From contig CAYTRR010000004.1 of NCBI GenBank assembly GCA_964440275.1, positions 14,258 through 78,257 on the forward strand: 64,000 nt of DNA. The letters run 5' to 3'. A program made the position numbers and the translations under genes. Under the pieces are notes generated by a model, which ran no database searches, was not told the DNA's origin, and saw nothing but the letters and a program-made list of their open reading frames with translations. The DNA comes from an uncultured Spirochaetales bacterium. Its GTDB lineage: Bacteria > Desulfobacterota_D > UBA1144. Positions 53,014 through 63,536 of the stretch are shown in pieces; the stretch's first letter is position 1, and each line of letters opens with the position of its first letter.

Positions 53014-53622
53014 ATGAATACATTATTGATTGCTCATAGAATAAACTCTTCAGAAGAATTGGCAAAAATACCCACAGATTCAGGCGTTGAAATAGATTTA
53101 AGAGATTCAAATAAAGGCTTAATATTAAACCATGACCCTTTTTCTAGTGGTGAATCATTAGAGAATTTCATCTCTAACTATAATCATAAAACACTAATCC
53201 TTAATATAAAATCTGAGAGAATTGAATATGATGCACTTAAAGTTTTAGACAAATATAAAATTGATGATTACTTCTTTTTAGATTCATCTTTTCCTATGCT
53301 TATAGAATTATCTAACAATGGTATTACTAACATTGCGGCAAGAATCTCAGAATACGAGAGCATAGAATCTATTAGTCTAGTTTCCAATAGAGTTAGTTGG
53401 ATTTGGCTAGATTCATTTAATGGTTTCTATTTGACTAAAAACGATGCTACTCAAATAAAAAAACTTAATTTAAAAACTTGTTTAGTTTCTCCAGAACTTC
53501 AAGGAAGGCAAGAAGAGATAGAATCCTACTCTTCACAATTGAAAAGTATTGGTTTAGACGTAGATGCCATATGTACTAAATTTCCAAATTTTAATAGATG
53601 GTTGGACTATACTAATTCTTAA
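53014..53622 (+). CDS. PLC-like/GDPD-fold phosphodiesterase
   Basis: IAHRIN, GVEIDLR, HDP, LNIK, WIWLDSF, VSPELQ, ICTK. Confidence 0.75.
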   Translation: MNTLLIAHRINSSEELAKIPTDSGVEIDLRDSNKGLILNHDPFSSGESLENFISNYNHKTLILNIKSERIEYDALKVLDKYKIDDYFFLDSSFPMLIELSNNGITNIAARISEYESIESISLVSNRVSWIWLDSFNGFYLTKNDATQIKKLNLKTCLVSPELQGRQEEIESYSSQLKSIGLDVDAICTKFPNFNRWLDYTNS

Positions 53623-55295
53623 TTTTTATAATAATCTGGTGCGAAAATCCTAAAGTTGTCAACAATTTTTATATAATCCGAGTCTTTTCGATTACGCTTG
53701 ACAGCTTCCCAAAGTTCATCGTCTTCAAAATAATAAATCGAATCTAAATCATAGGTGGCACTTAGTATCGATTCTCTTAAATTCTTCTTAATAACTTTTT
53801 CTTTTTCTAAGTCTCTTCTAGAGAAATATCCAAAATTAGTAATCATATTATTGTTTGAAGCATAAAGTGCGAGTGGAAAATAATTCTTTGGTTTGTTTGT
53901 CGGTAAAACATACTTTATTTTTTTATATTTAATTGAAAAAGATTTCCATACAGGATCTTTAATTGGATTTGTCCATTTTGCAGTTCTTTCCCAGTGGTTG
54001 TCGAAGTTAACCATTCTGTTTCTGATAGCATCAGTAGCTAAACCAGTATCATAAATTTGTAATAAAAATAAGGCAATAAGCAAATACCTCAATTTCTTAA
54101 TAGATATACTTTTGATTAGTACATAAAAAGTACCAATATAGATTAAATAATATACTGGCCATATAAATCTTGCGGATGATCTAAATAAATCAGCAACCCA
54201 TTCGAAGAAAAAAGGAACAGGATATTCAAACAATACAGTATTTCCAAAAGATATTATATTAGAAACAGCAAAGATGAAAAGCAACGCGGACATCATGATT
54301 AATGGCAAAAAGTAACTTCTATTTGCCGATACATTATTTTTAAAAAACAAAAAGAATATGGCTATCAGACTTGAAATAAGCACCCCTATTCCAGGAAAAG
54401 CAAAGCCTTCGTAGTCTCCATGGGTATGAACAGGAGGTGAAGGTAAATCTGGGATTATTCTAGAATGAAGTTCATATAAAGCTTTTGGATCAAAAAAAGA
54501 ATTCAAATTCATTTTATAAAATCCAAAGCCTCCTTCTTGCAATCCCATTCCGACTGAGAAATAGCCTAACAACCACATTGTCAATATTAATATTGTTCCT
54601 ACCGAGAAAAAAACTTTGAAAAGATTTAAAATTGTATCTTTTTTTTGTAAATAGATTCTGAGTAAAAATATTGTAAAAAATATAAAAATCATTATAAAAA
54701 GATAGACATTTATTAAAACACTCAAGATTAGTAAAATTATCCACTCTTTATAATTAGTTTTATTTAAAGAATAAAGAAAGATCGCGCCAAGTATTAACCA
54801 TTGTGAACCAATGGCAGGTTGTGCAAATATTCTCATATAAAATATTGGTGCAAATAAGAAAAACAAAGTTACAACGGAACAAATTACTAAATCATTTGTA
54901 TATAAACGTGTTAGCCTAAAAGCAAATATTGAATGAAGAATATTAGAAATTAAAATCCATAACCCAAAATACTGAAAGTTGTTGGGTAAAACTTCAGCAA
55001 ATGGTTTAAACAACAATCCTAAAAGTGGTATGGAGTCTGTATGGACTAGAGATATATTAAGTCCTTCGCCATATGAATTATTTGCTAGAAGTGGGAACTG
55101 GAGAAATGAAGAATTTCTGAAGAAATTCCATCCTAACCAATGGGTTTCTAAATCACTATTGGATACACCAGATATGAACCAATCAATATTTGTAAAACTC
55201 AAATAGTAAAAACTTGTTCCGGCTATATAACACATAGAGAAGAGCCCTAGCGCTATTGGAATAAGTAACTCTAAATTTAAAAAATGTTTTCTCAC
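53619..55295 (-). CDS. DUF6311-like multi-TM protein, paralog 4
   Basis: DLETHWLGW, TDSIP, FQYFG, MNLNS, GDYEGFAF, FRSSARFIWP, NFGYFSR. Confidence 0.75.
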   Translation of the reverse strand: MRKHFLNLELLIPIALGLFSMCYIAGTSFYYLSFTNIDWFISGVSNSDLETHWLGWNFFRNSSFLQFPLLANNSYGEGLNISLVHTDSIPLLGLLFKPFAEVLPNNFQYFGLWILISNILHSIFAFRLTRLYTNDLVICSVVTLFFLFAPIFYMRIFAQPAIGSQWLILGAIFLYSLNKTNYKEWIILLILSVLINVYLFIMIFIFFTIFLLRIYLQKKDTILNLFKVFFSVGTILILTMWLLGYFSVGMGLQEGGFGFYKMNLNSFFDPKALYELHSRIIPDLPSPPVHTHGDYEGFAFPGIGVLISSLIAIFFLFFKNNVSANRSYFLPLIMMSALLFIFAVSNIISFGNTVLFEYPVPFFFEWVADLFRSSARFIWPVYYLIYIGTFYVLIKSISIKKLRYLLIALFLLQIYDTGLATDAIRNRMVNFDNHWERTAKWTNPIKDPVWKSFSIKYKKIKYVLPTNKPKNYFPLALYASNNNMITNFGYFSRRDLEKEKVIKKNLRESILSATYDLDSIYYFEDDELWEAVKRNRKDSDYIKIVDNFRIFAPDYYKN

Positions 55296-55372
55296 CCGAT
55301 GACCTAATAAATATTTTTATAATATTAACCTAATTTCGTATAGAATATAGATTAACAACAAGAGCTTTAAAT

Positions 55373-57445
55373 ATGAAAATTATAGGTAAAATCAATGAAA
55401 AGTGGCCTAGCTCCAACTTAATAAATGCTTTAATCTTAGCTTCATTATCTCTGATTATTAGTTTTTTCTGCACAACACCCTTCTATGAAACTACAGATGA
55501 TCCTTTATATAGAATGATTTCTACTGGGGATTTCAATTCTTATGTTGGCCCAGATTCTCATGTAAATTTTACTTATTATCTATATCTAGAATTTTTAATT
55601 TATCTAAAAGAAATAATAAATTTTAATTACTTTTGGGATTTATGTAATTATTCCCTTGCTTTTTTAGGAATATTCTTATTATTTTATAAACTTCTTGAAT
55701 TAAATAATAAAAATATTAAATATTTATTAATAGCTTTAGCTATAATACATTTTCCGAGCTACTTTATAAGTTTTCATTTAACTAAAGTTTCTGGATTGCT
55801 AGTTGTTTCTGCATTTTTGGCTATGATTCATCTTCTCAGAACAGAAATAAAATATAATAAATCTTTGTATATAAACATATCAATAGTTTTAGTTTGCATA
55901 TTCCTATGTTCTATCACTAGACTTAAAGCTCCTTTGTTGTACCTGCCTACATTAATATTTTGTTCTATACCTATTTTGCTCACCAACAATTATTCTAAGT
56001 TGAACAAGTTCGTAAGACTCTCATTCATGGCTATATTCTTAATACTATTATCGAGTTTCTCAGTTTCATTGTGGAATTCTAATATTACATTTTATTCAAA
56101 TTCTCCAATTTGGAAAGATTTCTATAGCTACAATGACAATAGATATCAACTTATGGAATATAATAATTTCAGAGACACAAAGAAATACTTAAATATATTC
56201 TCAAATCAAATTGATATTCCAAGTAATTTGACAGAAGAAAATAAAATTAATTTAATTGTGGAGAGCTACAAACATAGACAATTAACGTTCTATGGATCAG
56301 ACAAATTAAAAGAGATTTGTTATAAATTAGGAGGAAAAGCCGATGATTGTTCCTATTCACCGGATAATCGTGAATCATTAATAGATAAAATTCTCTCTCT
56401 CAAAATTAACACTCTTAAAACTAGTGATAACAATTTATCAAAAGAGTTCCTTAAGTATAACTATCTAGAAAAAATTGATAGTAAAATGAGGGATGTTGGA
56501 TTTAGTTTTAACGACTATGTTGTGATGGAACATTGGTATTTTTTTGATAAAAAAGTTTTTTCTAAAGAGAAGCTAGCTACAGTTGTAAATAATTTAAATG
56601 TAAACAACTTCAGCAAACAGTTCAATCAAAGATTGAAATATTCTCTTGTAAATTTCGACAATTCCTTAAAAAAACAGTTTCCTATTGGTTCAACAAATCT
56701 TTATTTAATATTGTCAGTACTTCTTATTGGAGTATTGGGGTTTTTATTAACATCCAATTTTAAAAATATTTCTTATTCTATATATTTAGTACTATCACTT
56801 ATAGTCTATTGTACTTTTATTGAGAATTACATAAAACCTCTTCCAAATTGGATATATTTTCCAACTATTACTATTTTGCTGATATCACAAATCTTTTATT
56901 TGTCTTTGGGACAGACTATAAAAATCAGTGCAGAAAAAAAACAAATAGCTTTGTTACTTGGTTTAATTTTTGTAGCTCTTAGTAGTCAAGTGCTAGTAAA
57001 AGATTTCAACAAATCTGCTGCCACCTTGAAAAACCGACTAGTACTAGAAAGTTTTATTGGTCATCCTAGGATAGCAGATAAAATTATTGTTAATGTTGGT
57101 GCTCATATACCGGCCGGTGATTGGTGTGTACCTTTTCAAGATTGCCATATAAGGAAAACAACTAAAGTTACAGGATTAGGATGGACTACACAAATGGGCC
57201 ACGATTTAATTTTTTATAAAGAAAACAAGATTGACAATTTAGCTTTAGAATTGGTTAATGACAATAGGTTTCTTTTAGCAATTGATCTATATCCATTGCT
57301 TGAAAATAGATTGCAAAAATACTACAAAGAACATTATTCATGTTCAGTGGTTTTTGAAAATTACGATTTTGCTCCAAGAGAAGAAGCTGGCAGGTACAAC
57401 CTTTATACAGTCAAAAGTTCAGATAATTGCGAACACAAGAATTAG
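55373..57445 (+). CDS. Multi-TM membrane protein with an N-terminal acidic motif, putative GT-C glycosyltransferase
   Basis: FYETTDDPLYRMISTG after TM1, about 12 TM segments, large extracytoplasmic loop. Confidence 0.55.
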   Translation: MKIIGKINEKWPSSNLINALILASLSLIISFFCTTPFYETTDDPLYRMISTGDFNSYVGPDSHVNFTYYLYLEFLIYLKEIINFNYFWDLCNYSLAFLGIFLLFYKLLELNNKNIKYLLIALAIIHFPSYFISFHLTKVSGLLVVSAFLAMIHLLRTEIKYNKSLYINISIVLVCIFLCSITRLKAPLLYLPTLIFCSIPILLTNNYSKLNKFVRLSFMAIFLILLSSFSVSLWNSNITFYSNSPIWKDFYSYNDNRYQLMEYNNFRDTKKYLNIFSNQIDIPSNLTEENKINLIVESYKHRQLTFYGSDKLKEICYKLGGKADDCSYSPDNRESLIDKILSLKINTLKTSDNNLSKEFLKYNYLEKIDSKMRDVGFSFNDYVVMEHWYFFDKKVFSKEKLATVVNNLNVNNFSKQFNQRLKYSLVNFDNSLKKQFPIGSTNLYLILSVLLIGVLGFLLTSNFKNISYSIYLVLSLIVYCTFIENYIKPLPNWIYFPTITILLISQIFYLSLGQTIKISAEKKQIALLLGLIFVALSSQVLVKDFNKSAATLKNRLVLESFIGHPRIADKIIVNVGAHIPAGDWCVPFQDCHIRKTTKVTGLGWTTQMGHDLIFYKENKIDNLALELVNDNRFLLAIDLYPLLENRLQKYYKEHYSCSVVFENYDFAPREEAGRYNLYTVKSSDNCEHKN

Positions 57446-58278
57446 TTCATATTTTGATTAAATTTGTTTTTATACAAAAACAAAAACGAATAAAATATAC
57501 AGTGTAATCCTAACAAAACATAAACTAACGAATCAAATGAAAAAAAGAAAAGCAAAAGAATTAAAAATCCTATTATAAAAGAAGCTCTCCTGGTAACCAA
57601 CGGGTAAAGAACTACAAGACTTCTTAGTCCATGTAAAACAAGGCCCACAAAATTCATTCTGCTCTCACCTTTGTAACGATATCCTCTATCTAATTGCAAT
57701 GATGTATAATGAACTCCGGATTTAATTACCGATGCAGCAATATGTATATCTAATTCTTTTAAGCTTAGCAATTCTATTAATGCCTTTTTTTTCAAAATCA
57801 TAAAGTTTCCAAAATCTAATCTAACTCCAGCGAAATAAAAGAAGAGCATTTTATACAAGTAATAAAAAGACTTAAAAGCAAAAGTGTTCTGTCTTGATTT
57901 TCTTGATGCAACAATTAAATCAATTTCATTCTTTTCTATTTCTTTCTTTAAGAGAGCAATAGATTCTGGTGTGTCTTCTCCGTCAGAATCCATAATAACT
58001 ATATTTTTGTAATCAGTATAATGTTTATTGAGATAATTTAATCCAAAACTTATAGCTCCTTGATGACCCAAATTTTTTGGTAAATTAATTATTTCTCCAG
58101 AAGAATCAAAAAAAGATACTGTATCAGGAGTTATGCTATTTTTTACCGAACAATCGTCGATAATTAAAAAAAACACATCGTCAAATAGCTCATCAATCTT
58201 TTTTGTTAGTATTTGTAGAGATTCTAAATCTTCATATACAGGCGTTAATACTATAGTTAGGTTTGACAAATTTTTCAT
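57442..58278 (-). CDS. GT2 glycosyltransferase with C-terminal TMs
   Basis: TPVYED, IDDCS, NLGHQGAI, MDSDGEDTPE, RYKGESRM. Confidence 0.9.
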   Translation of the reverse strand: MKNLSNLTIVLTPVYEDLESLQILTKKIDELFDDVFFLIIDDCSVKNSITPDTVSFFDSSGEIINLPKNLGHQGAISFGLNYLNKHYTDYKNIVIMDSDGEDTPESIALLKKEIEKNEIDLIVASRKSRQNTFAFKSFYYLYKMLFFYFAGVRLDFGNFMILKKKALIELLSLKELDIHIAASVIKSGVHYTSLQLDRGYRYKGESRMNFVGLVLHGLRSLVVLYPLVTRRASFIIGFLILLLFFFSFDSLVYVLLGLHCIFYSFLFLYKNKFNQNMN

Positions 58279-59208
58279 CTATATCACAGATTTGAAATAT
58301 TCAATTGTCTTTATTAAACCTGATTCAAGGTTAATTTTAGGATTCCAATCAATAATTTTTTTAGCAAGTGTTAAATCTGGCTTTCTTTGCTTAGGGTCAT
58401 CAACTACGGGATCTAAGAACTTAATCTTTGATTTTGTGCCAGTTATTTTAATTATTTCATCCGCAATAGACAAAATTGTCATTTCGTTGTTACTTCCTAC
58501 ATTAACTGGACCAGTAATATCGTTAGGTGTATTCATTAAATTCAGCATTCCGGTTACAAGGTCATCAACATAACAAAAACATCTTGTTTGAGACCCATCA
58601 CCAAAAATTGTTAAGTCTTTTTCCCTTAAAGCCTGGACAATAAAATTACTAATTACCCTTCCATCGTCAATGTCCATTCTTGGTCCGTAAGTATTAAAAA
58701 TTCTCATTATTTTAATTTCTACATTTTCTTGTCTAGCGTAATCATTAAAAAGAGTTTCTGCGCATCTCTTTCCTTCATCATAGCAACTTCTTGGACCGAC
58801 TGGGTTGACATTTCCCCAATAAGTTTCTTTCTGAGGACTTATAGTGGGGTCCCCGTAAACTTCAGAAGTTGAAGCTTGAAGAATTCTCGCATTAGTTCGT
58901 TTAGCCAATTCAAGTAAATGTATTGATCCATACACGGAAGTTTTGACTGTTTCTATAGGATTTTTTTCATATTGTTTTGGCGAAGCAGGACATGCCAAAT
59001 TATATATTCTATCAACTTCTATATTTAAAGGGAGATTGATGTCATGTCTCATTATTTCGAAAAAAGGGTTGGGAACTAAATCAACAACATTTTCTTTTCT
59101 TCCAGTGTAAAAATTATCCACACAGACAACGGTATCACCTTGACTGAGTAATCTTCTACATAAATGAGAACCAATAAAACCCGCTCCCCCAGCTACAAGA
59201 CTGACCAT
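58279..59208 (-). CDS. uxs: UDP-glucuronate decarboxylase (UDP-xylose synthase)
   Basis: [59 protein letters not shown]. Confidence 0.95.
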   Translation of the reverse strand: MVSLVAGGAGFIGSHLCRRLLSQGDTVVCVDNFYTGRKENVVDLVPNPFFEIMRHDINLPLNIEVDRIYNLACPASPKQYEKNPIETVKTSVYGSIHLLELAKRTNARILQASTSEVYGDPTISPQKETYWGNVNPVGPRSCYDEGKRCAETLFNDYARQENVEIKIMRIFNTYGPRMDIDDGRVISNFIVQALREKDLTIFGDGSQTRCFCYVDDLVTGMLNLMNTPNDITGPVNVGSNNEMTILSIADEIIKITGTKSKIKFLDPVVDDPKQRKPDLTLAKKIIDWNPKINLESGLIKTIEYFKSVI

Positions 59209-59293
59209 GTACTAATTATGCGCAATGTGAAAATAAAATCCACTTAACCTAGTTTTGGAAATTCTACAAAAATCTTTTACTATTCATTTCAAT

Positions 59294-60979
59294 ATGAAAA
59301 AAGATTTATTAATGGTTGGTCTCATATCTATACTATTATTTTTTATTATTACTGGTGGTTCCATCATTAATCCTCAGCATATTGATTGGTTAATATTAGG
59401 TAAAAAACAAATATCAGATAATGAATCCTATCTAATTGGTTGGTTGTTTTTTAAACAAGCACCTTTATTACAATACCCTTTTTTATTGCTACCAAAATTA
59501 GGTGAAGGTCTACTTCTAACTCTGGTTTATACCGACTCAATTCCATTAATGGCAATACCTTTCAAAATATTTAGAGATTTTATTCCTTTTGATTTTCAAT
59601 ATTTTGGATTCTGGATTTTTTCTTGCTTTCTACTTCAAGGAATTTTTTCTTATCTAATTTTAAGCAGATTTATAAAAAACAGAGTACCGACGATACTTGC
59701 TACTACATTATTTTTGATAGCACCAGTTTTTCTTTTTCGTTTCCAACTGGGCCATTTCGCTCTTTTGGGTCATTGGATTATATTAGCAAGTATTTTACTT
59801 TACTGTTGTAGAACATTTAGTATGAGGAAATGGCTACTTGTAATAATTGTTTCGTTGCTTATACATCCATATATTTTTACAATGGTAGCTGTATTGTTTG
59901 GTTCAGATATACTTCAGAGACTTTTAAAAAAAGAAAACTCCCTTAAGATTATTGTAAATTCATTAATTTCTATCCCAATAATAATATTATCACTTTTTGT
60001 GTTTGGTCATATCGGAACCACTGATGTATCAAGTTTAGAACTTTTTGGAGGGTATGGTCATTTCAAAATGAACCTTTTATCAATCATAGATCCAGAGTAT
60101 GACTTACTAGGTAATGAAATTAGTTGGTCAAAAGTTCTTCCAGACCAAGACAATCAACATTGGTCTAATACTTTTGCAGACTACGAGGGTTTTAATTATC
60201 TAGGTATTGGCATAATAATTCTTCTACTATTCGTTTTGGCAAAAAGTTTATCTTTGAATATTGTTAAATTATTTATAGATAAAAAGTCTTTCTTTCTTCC
60301 ATTAACACTTGTCTCTTTTATGTTTTTCTTTTTTGCGATTTCAAATAATATTACTATTGGTGAACATTTGTACTTTAGATATGAGATTGAAGGAGAGATG
60401 CTATTCTTAGTCAATGTATTTAGGGCATCTGGAAGATTTTTTTGGCCTGTTTATTATTTGATATATTTATTAATTATCATACTTTTTATAAGAAATTATA
60501 CTCCTAAACAAGTCACTATAATACTTTCAGTAATTATACTTTTTCAATTATATGATACTTCTCAAGCATTTATAGATATAAATAATCGACTTAACAATAA
60601 AGACATGGTGAAGAAAAAATGGTCTATGGATTTACAAGATGATTTTTGGAGTACGCTTCCTAAAAGATACAAAAGAATTGTTTATGTATTCCCACATACT
60701 CAACCCAATAATTCATTCGACTTGCTTTATTATGCTGCTAAGAATGATCTTTCTACAAACTTTGGGTATTGGTTTAAAGATACAAGAACGTTCTATAATT
60801 CAGAAAAGGAACGACTGACTAAACTGATACAAGAAAACAATTATGATAAATTTTCAATATATTATATCGAAGATGAAAAAATATGGGAGAATGTATTGAA
60901 GAACAAAAAACCAAGTGATTTAGCGAGGAAAATTAACGGATACAATATTCTTGCACCTAATTATTATCCGGAAAGTTGA
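59294..60979 (+). CDS. DUF6311-like multi-TM protein, paralog 5 (start probably ATG 59294)
   Basis: DNESYLIGW, TDSIP, FQYFG, GHFALLGHW, DYEGFNYLG, FRASGRFFWP, NFGY. Confidence 0.75.
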   Translation: MKKDLLMVGLISILLFFIITGGSIINPQHIDWLILGKKQISDNESYLIGWLFFKQAPLLQYPFLLLPKLGEGLLLTLVYTDSIPLMAIPFKIFRDFIPFDFQYFGFWIFSCFLLQGIFSYLILSRFIKNRVPTILATTLFLIAPVFLFRFQLGHFALLGHWIILASILLYCCRTFSMRKWLLVIIVSLLIHPYIFTMVAVLFGSDILQRLLKKENSLKIIVNSLISIPIIILSLFVFGHIGTTDVSSLELFGGYGHFKMNLLSIIDPEYDLLGNEISWSKVLPDQDNQHWSNTFADYEGFNYLGIGIIILLLFVLAKSLSLNIVKLFIDKKSFFLPLTLVSFMFFFFAISNNITIGEHLYFRYEIEGEMLFLVNVFRASGRFFWPVYYLIYLLIIILFIRNYTPKQVTIILSVIILFQLYDTSQAFIDINNRLNNKDMVKKKWSMDLQDDFWSTLPKRYKRIVYVFPHTQPNNSFDLLYYAAKNDLSTNFGYWFKDTRTFYNSEKERLTKLIQENNYDKFSIYYIEDEKIWENVLKNKKPSDLARKINGYNILAPNYYPES

Positions 60980-60983
60980 AACA

Positions 60984-61838
60984 ATGAGTAAAAACGATCG
61001 TTCAATTTATACATGCATTGATGATTATGGTTTAGGTCTTGTGCACAATGAAATAATTAGAAAAATTGTAGAGACCGGCGTAATCTCCGGGGTAACAACA
61101 TTTGTTGGTATGAAAAATTTTCAGAATGAAGCTACTGCTCTCAAAGCATTATTGAATAAAACTAATTTTCAGATTGGTCTTCATTTGGATTTTATTGAAT
61201 TTTTCCCTTTTATGAAAGAATCTAGATACCTATCGTCAGATACCTTTTGTACAATTTTCTTAATTTTTCAATCACTGGGTCTTTTGAATAAAAAATCGAT
61301 TACTGAGTCTATTGTTAAACAATTAGATATATTCCAAAAGTCTTTTGGGCAATTGCCTGATTTTATTGATGGCCATTACCATTTACATCAAACGAAGGTG
61401 CCTTGTGACATTTTAATACATATTTTACAAGAAAAAGAATTTGCAGGCTGGGTTAGGTCTACTTCTATGCATTCAGAGCTAAATAACTTATCTATTGTAA
61501 ATAAAATTAAAAAAAGATACTTAAGTTTAATTGGAATGAAAGCGCAGGAAAAAATATTAAAGAATTTTAGAACTAATTTAAGTTTTGTCGGATATACAGA
61601 TTTAAATTCCAACAATGAATACGTTAAACAGCTAAATAATCAACTGGAATTTGTAACTGGACCTACCCTATTCATGCTTCATCCTGGGTCCTCAAAAGAT
61701 GACAGTCAAATTAATAGTCATGATTCCCAAGCAAGAGATTTAGAAACAGAATGGATACTTAATGAACTCCAAAATAAATGCAAAGAACTAAATTTAAATA
61801 TAATAAAGGATTTTGACAATCTATGGATAAAAACATGA
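60984..61838 (+). CDS. YdjC/ChbG/HpnK-family carbohydrate deacetylase (start probably ATG 60984)
   Basis: DDYG, GLHLD, PDFIDGHYHLH, MLHPG, R..E. Confidence 0.87.
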   Translation: MSKNDRSIYTCIDDYGLGLVHNEIIRKIVETGVISGVTTFVGMKNFQNEATALKALLNKTNFQIGLHLDFIEFFPFMKESRYLSSDTFCTIFLIFQSLGLLNKKSITESIVKQLDIFQKSFGQLPDFIDGHYHLHQTKVPCDILIHILQEKEFAGWVRSTSMHSELNNLSIVNKIKKRYLSLIGMKAQEKILKNFRTNLSFVGYTDLNSNNEYVKQLNNQLEFVTGPTLFMLHPGSSKDDSQINSHDSQARDLETEWILNELQNKCKELNLNIIKDFDNLWIKT

Positions 61839-63526
61839 AGTCGCTTACTACGATACTTATCACTTCAATCATTTTCTTTATATATATAACCGGGGGTAGT
61901 GTTTTATATACTGAAAACACAAGCTGGATATTAAACTCCTATTCAATTGATTATAAGCAACATTGGATTACTTGGTTGTTTTTTCAAGGGTCACCATTTT
62001 TACAAATACCTATAACAGACAATTTTAATTATGGAATGCAATTATCAACTACTCTATCTGTGAACGATGCAATTCCAATAATGGCATTGATGTTCAAATT
62101 GATACAACCAATCTTTGAGCTTCCAAGTCAGTATTTTGGGATATGGATTTTTGTATCTATTTCTCTTCAATCACTTTTTTCTTATAAACTTTTAAAAAAG
62201 TTTATAAACGATAATTACTTATGTTTAATTTTTAGTATTTTTTTTATAATCTCTCCTATTTTGCTTCATAGATTGTCATTAGGCCATACTGCAATGTTTG
62301 CTCATTGGCTAATACTTGCTAGTTTTTATCTTTATTTTTCAGAAACAAAAAAAATATATCTTTGGATAGGAATAATATTGTTATCACTTTTTGTTAACTC
62401 CTACATAGCTTCTATGGTTTTACTTATTTTTATTGCTGATTTTTTCAAAATCTTTTTAAGAAATAAAAATAGAGTTGCCTTAAAAGACTACGTATTTTTT
62501 GCTTTAATCATTTTTTCTTTTTTTATGTCGTTGCCTCTCATTGGTTTAGATATAAATGTATCTGAATACTACAAAGGTGGTTTTGGCAATTACAGATTCA
62601 ACCTCATTTCTTTTTTTGATCCTAGTCCGACAAATTGGTATCATGTCAGTTCGTGGTCTAATATTGTTCCGAATCTCCCCGGCGAGAAGAGTCATCTTTC
62701 TGGTGACTATGAAGGATTCGCATTTCTTGGTATAGGTGTACTAGCTTTATTGCCAGCTTGTATTTTTTATGTAATTAAAAATTACAAGGGCTCTTTCAAT
62801 AAAGACTACGTGCCCTTGATAGTTATATCTATAATACTTTTCTTCTACTCTCTTTCTAATAATATAATTTTTGCAGACATTAATTTATTTGAATATAACG
62901 TACCTAATATAGTCGATAGCTACACACATTCGCTAAGATCATCAGGTAGATTTATTTGGCCTGTTTACTACTTAATTTACTTATTTATTTTTGTAGTATG
63001 TTGCAAATATATAAACAATAAAATTTTAAGGTACTTAATAACATTCCTTCTTTTATTTCAATTATATGATTCTGCGAACGCTGTACAAACACTAAGAAAC
63101 TCTTTTGCTAGAACTCAAGTGGTCACAAAATCTGAATGGAAACTTTTCATGAAAGATTACATATGGGAAGAAATGGCTAAAAAATATAAAAACGTCCGAG
63201 TAATAATGCCTAATGGTTTTCCATCGAAACAATATTTTCCTATTGCTTTGTTTGCTGCAAGGAATTCTATGAAAACGGATTCAGGCTACCATGCTCGTTT
63301 TGACATTAATAAAATGTCTCAATATCAAGAGGATGTAAAAAAAGAAATAAATGAGGGTGCTATTAAAAATACAGATTTATACTTCTTTGTTGAATATGAT
63401 GATAAGAGACTAGACTCTCAAGCTGTAATTCTATGGGAAAAGATAAATAGTAATAAGGATATCAATGATTTCTCAGGTGTTGTCGATGGATTTAAAGTAT
63501 TTGCGCCAAATTTCTTTTTAAAGTAA
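61835..63526 (+). CDS. DUF6311-like multi-TM protein, paralog 6 (start probably ATG 61835)
   Basis: DYKQHWITW, NDAIP, QYFG, GHTAMFAHW, GDYEGFAFLG, LRSSGRFIWP, SGYHAR. Confidence 0.75.
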   Translation: MKSLTTILITSIIFFIYITGGSVLYTENTSWILNSYSIDYKQHWITWLFFQGSPFLQIPITDNFNYGMQLSTTLSVNDAIPIMALMFKLIQPIFELPSQYFGIWIFVSISLQSLFSYKLLKKFINDNYLCLIFSIFFIISPILLHRLSLGHTAMFAHWLILASFYLYFSETKKIYLWIGIILLSLFVNSYIASMVLLIFIADFFKIFLRNKNRVALKDYVFFALIIFSFFMSLPLIGLDINVSEYYKGGFGNYRFNLISFFDPSPTNWYHVSSWSNIVPNLPGEKSHLSGDYEGFAFLGIGVLALLPACIFYVIKNYKGSFNKDYVPLIVISIILFFYSLSNNIIFADINLFEYNVPNIVDSYTHSLRSSGRFIWPVYYLIYLFIFVVCCKYINNKILRYLITFLLLFQLYDSANAVQTLRNSFARTQVVTKSEWKLFMKDYIWEEMAKKYKNVRVIMPNGFPSKQYFPIALFAARNSMKTDSGYHARFDINKMSQYQEDVKKEINEGAIKNTDLYFFVEYDDKRLDSQAVILWEKINSNKDINDFSGVVDGFKVFAPNFFLK

Positions 63527-63536
63527 ATTTAGAATT

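Noticed and set aside
29126-63526. Poly-A/T runs as phase-variation tracts
   Set aside because: Runs of 7-9 nt are equally common in housekeeping genes here; no frameshifted ORFs or poly-G/C tracts were seen
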